This document shows, one piece after another, positions 26,778-32,000 of a stretch of 32,000 bases of DNA (its first letter is position 1; each line of letters begins with the position of its first letter). The notes under the pieces were generated by a model that was not told the origin of the DNA, made no database searches, and saw only the letters and a program-made list of their open reading frames with translations. A program made the translations under genes and the position numbers. Source of the stretch: Candidatus Helarchaeota ASGARD archaeon Hel_GB_B (GTDB lineage: Archaea; Asgardarchaeota; Lokiarchaeia; Helarchaeales; HEL-GB-B); the NCBI GenBank assembly GCA_005191425.1, contig SUPR01000031.1, forward strand, positions 1 to 32,000. The letters run 5' to 3'.

Positions 26778-29414
26778 ATGGACGATAATAGACTACATAA
26801 AAAGTATCTAAAAGTCCCGGAATGGTTTAAAGAGAATTTAGCGTTTGATTATTTATTGCCGAATCAATCTGCATTTTGCATTGAATGGTTTGATATTAAA
26901 GAATTTAAGGACACGAATTTTGAGTATTATAATGAAAGTGGTTTGCGAAAAAAAGTTAAAGTTAGAAAATTTGGTCCTAATTATTTTATAGTTTCGGGAA
27001 CTGGGACAGGTAAATCATTAATTGCGCATATTGCAATGATTTCGACTCTTACTGAAAAAGGGGGGTTAGTAATTTATTCAGGAAATTACAAAGCGCTTAT
27101 CAATGAACAATATGATGAAATTTCAGAATTAATAAACGGGCAAAAATTTAAAATAAAAAGAAAAACGGGAGATTTTACTTCGACCGGAGTTGAAGATTTA
27201 GGATATTTTGACATTATATTGACTACATATGAGTCTTGTGAACAGATTTTACAGAATAGACCTAAATGGTTGCATAAAGTAAATTTAATTGTGATTGATG
27301 AGGTCCATACGATAGGTGATGAAGGGAGAGGGCCTATTCTTGAAAGTGTTATAGCAATGGCTTTGAGTTTAAAAATTCCATTAATATTCCTCTCAGCCAC
27401 TGTAGGTGACGAAGAAGATATAGAAAGTTTCGCCAAGAATTTAAATGCGACTCTTATTGATGCACATGATTTTAGATTAATACCCCTTGATAAATTTATA
27501 TTAACAGAGAATGAAGCTTATTTTAATAATGGAAAAAAATGCGTTAAAATTGTCAAGTCTACTGGAAGATTTGAAAACACATCGTCATCAATTGGAGCAA
27601 TGAGAAATTTTGCATTATGGGTATTATTTTCTCAAGCCAAGAAGGCAATTGAAGAAAATGCCCGTGAACCACAAATATTGTTATTTGTCAGGTCAAGGAA
27701 AGATGCTGAAGATAATTGTAAAAGATTAGTAAAAAGGATCAAAGAATTATTAGAAATGCCCAGTATTAAAAAAAATTTTAATTTTAAACCATTTAAACTT
27801 GATGATGTAAAGGAATTATCTCCGCCATCTACGAACGTCATGTTATCAGATATTCTTAAGGAAACAATTCCCTATCGTGTTGCATTTCATTCTTCTAATC
27901 TGACATTAGAATGGAGAAATTATGTTGAGAAAATGTTTAAACTTGGATATATTCGGGCGATCTGGAGTACTCCAACTTTATCAGCGGGAGTTAACCTTCC
28001 TGCTCAATATACGCTTATATATCCAAAAATTGGTATTCGAGACTTGAGAATTAATGAATATAACCAGTCTATCGGTAGAGCAGGACGTCCAAAATATGAT
28101 AAAATTGGATATGGCGGAATAGTAATGATAAATAGAAACGAATTAACGACTAAAGAAGAGAATTTAAGATGGTACTTAACTAAATATTTAAATGCACCTA
28201 CTGATGCTATTTATAGTTCTATGATTAGAATTGAAGATAGAGAACTAAATAATCTAAAGCAAGAAAATGTTAAGATTAATGGAAATCTTATGTTAATATA
28301 TTATAATCAGAGATTATTAAGAACGCACCCAAATTTTTTTGCATTCATCCTAAAATTAATATCAGCTAATTATGCAACGAATAAACACAAAATAATCGAT
28401 TTTTGTAAAAAGTACCTATTTATTTTTAAACAATTTCCCGAGTTACCAGTATCGAATCTAATTGATGAAGCGATTCAAGTGTTATTAGACCCTTATCGAG
28501 TAGTTCCAGGGGAATACTTTGGCAAAATTCTTTATAAAAAAGCTTTAGGAAATAGTTTTCCCCTAATAGATGAACTTCCAGAGAATAGCAATTCCTATTC
28601 TGTTCGACCACTTGGTGAATTATCCATTAAGACTTATTTACGGCCACTTAGTGCATCAATTTATGCATCTCTATCTACAAATAGAGAAATTAATCATAGG
28701 CTATTTTATAATAAAAATGAAGATGTTATTGCTTCAAAATTATTATATTTTATAGGTCTAGCACCTGATTTTCAAGCCCAATTTTCAATTCCATCCTCAA
28801 TACTTATAAGTTTAATCAATGAATATAATAACTACATATCTGACGATGGTTTTATATTAAATTCTGATTTTATACAAATTGATTCGGATGAGTGCTATAA
28901 TTATAAATCATATCCATCTCTCTATTCCCTTTCGAAATCTGTTGACCATCTTCAAATAAAATCATTTCTTTCATGGTGGGTTTCCTTAATAACTAATGAA
29001 TGGATTAATGAAACACCACTTAGAAAAATTGAGGAGAAATTTAATATCTCAATAGGATCATACCAGAATTTTTTCGGACAAAATGGAGTATATGCATGGT
29101 TATTACAGGCATCTGCTTTAATTGCAATGCATTATAAAAATAAAATTCTTTATAAAAAATTACTTTTATTAAGTCGAAGAATAGAAAAAGGATGTAAGCT
29201 GGATATATTGCCATTAACTTATTTAAAAAATGTTGGGCGAGACCGGGCAAGGCAATTATGGAATCTAGGATTTAAAACCATAGAGTCTGTCGCAGAAGCA
29301 TCTCCAGAGGCTATTGCAAAAGTTAAAGGGTTAAGTCTAAATCTTGCTACAGATGTTATTGCTCAAGCCAAAAGAATCGTTTCAATTAGAGAAAAAAATA
29401 AAAGAAAAAACTAA
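26778..29414 (+). CDS. hel308: Ski2-like SF2 DNA helicase, Hel308 family
   Basis: Q motif LLPNQ, Walker A GTGTGKS, DEVH, SAT, TPTLSAGVNLPA, QSIGRAGRP, C-terminal RIEKGCKLDILPL...VGRDRARQL (RAR motif) and an HhH tail. Confidence 0.85.
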   Translation: MDDNRLHKKYLKVPEWFKENLAFDYLLPNQSAFCIEWFDIKEFKDTNFEYYNESGLRKKVKVRKFGPNYFIVSGTGTGKSLIAHIAMISTLTEKGGLVIYSGNYKALINEQYDEISELINGQKFKIKRKTGDFTSTGVEDLGYFDIILTTYESCEQILQNRPKWLHKVNLIVIDEVHTIGDEGRGPILESVIAMALSLKIPLIFLSATVGDEEDIESFAKNLNATLIDAHDFRLIPLDKFILTENEAYFNNGKKCVKIVKSTGRFENTSSSIGAMRNFALWVLFSQAKKAIEENAREPQILLFVRSRKDAEDNCKRLVKRIKELLEMPSIKKNFNFKPFKLDDVKELSPPSTNVMLSDILKETIPYRVAFHSSNLTLEWRNYVEKMFKLGYIRAIWSTPTLSAGVNLPAQYTLIYPKIGIRDLRINEYNQSIGRAGRPKYDKIGYGGIVMINRNELTTKEENLRWYLTKYLNAPTDAIYSSMIRIEDRELNNLKQENVKINGNLMLIYYNQRLLRTHPNFFAFILKLISANYATNKHKIIDFCKKYLFIFKQFPELPVSNLIDEAIQVLLDPYRVVPGEYFGKILYKKALGNSFPLIDELPENSNSYSVRPLGELSIKTYLRPLSASIYASLSTNREINHRLFYNKNEDVIASKLLYFIGLAPDFQAQFSIPSSILISLINEYNNYISDDGFILNSDFIQIDSDECYNYKSYPSLYSLSKSVDHLQIKSFLSWWVSLITNEWINETPLRKIEEKFNISIGSYQNFFGQNGVYAWLLQASALIAMHYKNKILYKKLLLLSRRIEKGCKLDILPLTYLKNVGRDRARQLWNLGFKTIESVAEASPEAIAKVKGLSLNLATDVIAQAKRIVSIREKNKRKN

Positions 29415-29422
29415 TTTAATAT

Positions 29423-30328
29423 TTAATTTGATATTTTTTCCTTAGTTTTAACCATAAGAATTGAAATTATAAGTCCTAAAAAATAAAAAGCCATACAATC
29501 CATAAATAAAATTATTGAACAAGTCATAATTTGTAAATAAAAATAATTATTATCATAATATCTTATATAAATCCCAAGTCCAAGTAGAAAAACTACAAAT
29601 ATAGTTGTAATTATACTCAATATAACTAATTGATTCTTGAAATTACCTGTAATTAATTCGCTCTTTTTTATATGTTCCCATGCTATATATGCAATTCCAA
29701 ATCCCAAAATACAAATGAAGAACGTCATAAATACTTGCATAGTTATATTTAAGATATTTCCATATAATCCAATCAATAAAAGAGGAAAAAAGAATAATGA
29801 TGTTAAAATTCCAATTACTGACCCAATATTTTTTATTATAATAGGGTCTATTTTAAACAAATTTTTAGATTTTTCATTTTTATCCTTTGTATTGTTATTT
29901 TCATTTTTTATTTTGCCAATAACATTCTTATTCATAATTGAAAAATCGTACCCAAACATATAAAATGTGATAAAAAGAAACAAATAGTTTAAACTGTCAA
30001 TCAAATTATTTAAAAGGATTATTGATTGAAAATAGGTAAATATTCCCATTAATAAAGATAAAAATAATGTAATAAAACCAATTATACCGATAACTGTTAT
30101 GATATTTTTTAATTCTGTAATTTTTTCAGATTTAGAAAGATAACTCCATAACCATACTCCTCCAATATATCCAAGAAACCCCAATTCTATTCCTAAATAA
30201 ATAATTATCATTTCAAATATATAATTAAAAATTATACCCAGAACTGGAAAAATTAAAAGAATTAAAGACAAAATCAAAAAAATATTTCTCATTTTTCTAT
30301 AGTTAAGAAAAAACTCTTTTATTTTCAT
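29423..30328 (-). CDS. Polytopic membrane protein with internal duplication (about 2 x 4 TM)
   Basis: Two hydrophobic halves separated by a K/N-rich linker share LG-F...W..(L/I).KSE.IT...KN and FY(M/F)(F/L)G...SI motifs. Confidence 0.7.
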   Translation of the reverse strand: MKIKEFFLNYRKMRNIFLILSLILLIFPVLGIIFNYIFEMIIIYLGIELGFLGYIGGVWLWSYLSKSEKITELKNIITVIGIIGFITLFLSLLMGIFTYFQSIILLNNLIDSLNYLFLFITFYMFGYDFSIMNKNVIGKIKNENNNTKDKNEKSKNLFKIDPIIIKNIGSVIGILTSLFFFPLLLIGLYGNILNITMQVFMTFFICILGFGIAYIAWEHIKKSELITGNFKNQLVILSIITTIFVVFLLGLGIYIRYYDNNYFYLQIMTCSIILFMDCMAFYFLGLIISILMVKTKEKISN

Positions 30329-30487
30329 TTTAATATTTCCTGATAACTTTAATTTTAATTAATATATTTTACATTACCATTATTTAATTGATATAAAAAA
30401 TTGTTTATTAGAAAAAATAATCATTAAAAAGATTTAATCTTACGGTTTAAATGAAGGAATTTATTAAATTTTTAAATTAAAATTATT

Positions 30488-30871
30488 TTAATTTATTTTA
30501 GATTCTAAATCTCTTGATGCAATGATATCGACATTCAGACCGAGAATATTTTTGATTAAAACATCGCCCATTTTGATTGGAGCTGGAACTTTAATATTTG
30601 CAATTTCTTTCATACATTCAAATAATTTATTTTTAGGTAAAGGTTGATTCGACCTAACTGGAATAAGAGGTAAAATGCCGTTTTTTACAATGATAGTAGT
30701 AGTTAATATCCTTCTTGGGTCGATATACTCTTGAATAGCATATTCTTTTCCGTGTTTACAGGAATAGCCTTCAGCTTCAATATTTCCATTTTTAAATTTA
30801 GAAACTTTGACTTGACAACCTTTAGGGCAGCCAATACAGGTAATGATTTTTGAGTCAACGATTTCAGACAT
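30488..30871 (-). CDS. DUF1667 family protein (CxxCPxGC metal-binding)
   Basis: ITCIGCPKGC, GYSCKHGKEYA, PRRILTTTI and APIKMGDVLIKNILG. Confidence 0.9.
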   Translation of the reverse strand: MSEIVDSKIITCIGCPKGCQVKVSKFKNGNIEAEGYSCKHGKEYAIQEYIDPRRILTTTIIVKNGILPLIPVRSNQPLPKNKLFECMKEIANIKVPAPIKMGDVLIKNILGLNVDIIASRDLESKIN

Positions 30872-30873
30872 TT

Positions 30874-32000
30874 TTAATTTTCACTTTTTTTTTCTTTTGG
30901 AATAACTTCAATTAAAATATTATTATCGATTAAAATATCTTGTTTGGGTAAATCAATAATAAGCATTTCACTAGGTCGTGCAAATCGTTCGAATTTTTTA
31001 TAGATTAATTTATCATTTACCTTAAAATTTATGTATACATTATTTTCAGGTTTTTTAACGCGCATATAGAACCGAACAGAATTTTTAAATGCTGTCTTAT
31101 TAACTTTTTGAGGTAGAACATACCCAATATTTCTTCCACACAATAGCTGGACAAAATTCTTATCAATTTTAATAATCTTTTTGATAAATTTAGCGGCGAT
31201 TTCACCAGTTAAAGTACCTTCTGATGCAACATTATCAACAAGGTCATTTACATGCAATACATTTCCACAAGCAAAAATTCCTTCGACATTGGTCTGAAAA
31301 TAATTATTAATTATAGGACCGCGGGTTTTGGGGTCAAGTTCAACACCAGCAGTTTTTGACAATTCATTTTCAGGGATTAATCCTACGGATAAGAGAAGAG
31401 TATCACATTCAAACGATTTTTCAGACCCTTTTATAGGTTCCCAATTTTCATCGACTTTTGAAACGACTACGCTTTCAACACGATCTTTCCCTTTAATTTC
31501 AATTATAGTATGTTGGAGTAATAAAGGAATACCAAAATCGTCTAAACATTGAACTTTATTTCTGATCAGTCCACTTGTATAAGGAAGAATTTCGATGACT
31601 GCTTTAACTTCTGCGCCTTCTAATGTCAATCTACGTGCCATTATCATTCCAATATCACCAGACCCTAATATTACAAATTTTTTACCGGGCATCAGACCTT
31701 CTATATTTACTAATCGTTGAGCAAGTCCTGCTGTATAAATACCGGCAGGCCTAGTACCCGGGATTCGAATATTTCCCCGTGTGCGCTCTCGACAACCCAT
31801 TGCAAGAATAATTGCTTTTGGTTTTACTAATATAGCACCTTCATTTTTATTTACAGCAAGGATATTTTTATTTGGTCTAATCTCAAGTACCATGGTATTT
31901 AGCATTATAGGAATTTTGTATTCCATTACCTTATTGATATATCGTTGAGCAAATTCAGGACCTGTTAATTCTTCATCAAATATACCTAGTCCAAACCCAT
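30874..32000 (-). CDS. NAD(P)/FAD-dependent oxidoreductase of the glycerol-3-phosphate dehydrogenase-associated module, 5'-truncated by the window edge
   Basis: The frame is open beyond the listed ATG 31926 to the edge (GFGLGIFDEELTGPEFAQRYINKV M...). Motifs LAMGCRER, GTRPAGIYTAGLAQ, ILGSGDIGMIMARR and GIFACGNVLHV. Immediately upstream of DUF1667. Confidence 0.88.
   Translation of the reverse strand, partial: GFGLGIFDEELTGPEFAQRYINKVMEYKIPIMLNTMVLEIRPNKNILAVNKNEGAILVKPKAIILAMGCRERTRGNIRIPGTRPAGIYTAGLAQRLVNIEGLMPGKKFVILGSGDIGMIMARRLTLEGAEVKAVIEILPYTSGLIRNKVQCLDDFGIPLLLQHTIIEIKGKDRVESVVVSKVDENWEPIKGSEKSFECDTLLLSVGLIPENELSKTAGVELDPKTRGPIINNYFQTNVEGIFACGNVLHVNDLVDNVASEGTLTGEIAAKFIKKIIKIDKNFVQLLCGRNIGYVLPQKVNKTAFKNSVRFYMRVKKPENNVYINFKVNDKLIYKKFERFARPSEMLIIDLPKQDILIDNNILIEVIPKEKKSEN

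Noticed and set aside
26778-29414. Helicase as a defence-system component (e.g. Hachiman HamB)
   Set aside because: It has the Hel308 domain-5 RAR motif and HhH tail, and no partner gene such as hamA is adjacent.
191-31552. Short antisense or alternate-frame ORFs in the track (e.g. 191-418, 2175-2513, 3243-3464, 5880-6116, 6669-6866, 11199-11405, 12730-13035, 13093-13323, 15737-15934, 16977-17192, 20023-20253, 20558-20761, 21572-21901, 22094-22348, 22554-23601 set, 25525-25713, 27086-29250 set, 29637-29963, 31328-31552)
   Set aside because: All lie inside well-supported genes on the opposite strand or in another frame, and show shadow-ORF composition with no motifs.

Overview
AT-rich archaeal-type DNA, most likely from an Asgard archaeon (Loki-/Helarchaeota-like). 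This is inferred from two small GTPases fused to longin/roadblock-like domains, one with a Rag-like G4/G5 signature, plus a single-domain KaiC ATPase, Hel308 and a split archaeal-type glutamate synthase. Left to right the window holds: the 3' part of a DDE transposase carrying two HMGA-type AT-hook-like motifs (open from the window edge); a five-gene glutamate synthase cluster (4Fe-4S protein, NAD(P)H:flavin oxidoreductase, GltB1, GltB2, GltB3); a FadH-like enoate reductase; a decayed glycoside hydrolase remnant missed by the ORF track; a membrane-anchored beta-propeller; a wHTH regulator; a TIGR00725 protein; an MBL hydrolase; a co-oriented run of KaiC-like ATPase, longin-GTPase, two tandem membrane-anchored LapG/BTLCP-like cysteine proteases (the first interrupted by an in-frame TGA), DUF1847 and a PLP aminotransferase; a MaoC dehydratase pair; a two-subunit (nitrilase + NadE) NAD synthetase; a PD-(D/E)XK protein with a 27-bp tandem-repeat tail; a thiolase; an orphan polytopic membrane protein; a Rag-like GTPase; Hel308; an internally duplicated membrane protein; and DUF1667 plus an FAD oxidoreductase running off the right edge. 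No rRNA, tRNA or CRISPR array was seen. The best candidates for undescribed biology are the KaiC/longin-GTPase/LapG-like protease neighbourhood, the repeat-tailed PD-(D/E)XK gene with a possible internal small ORF, and the AT-hook transposase. All family calls come from motif recognition by eye; no searches were run.
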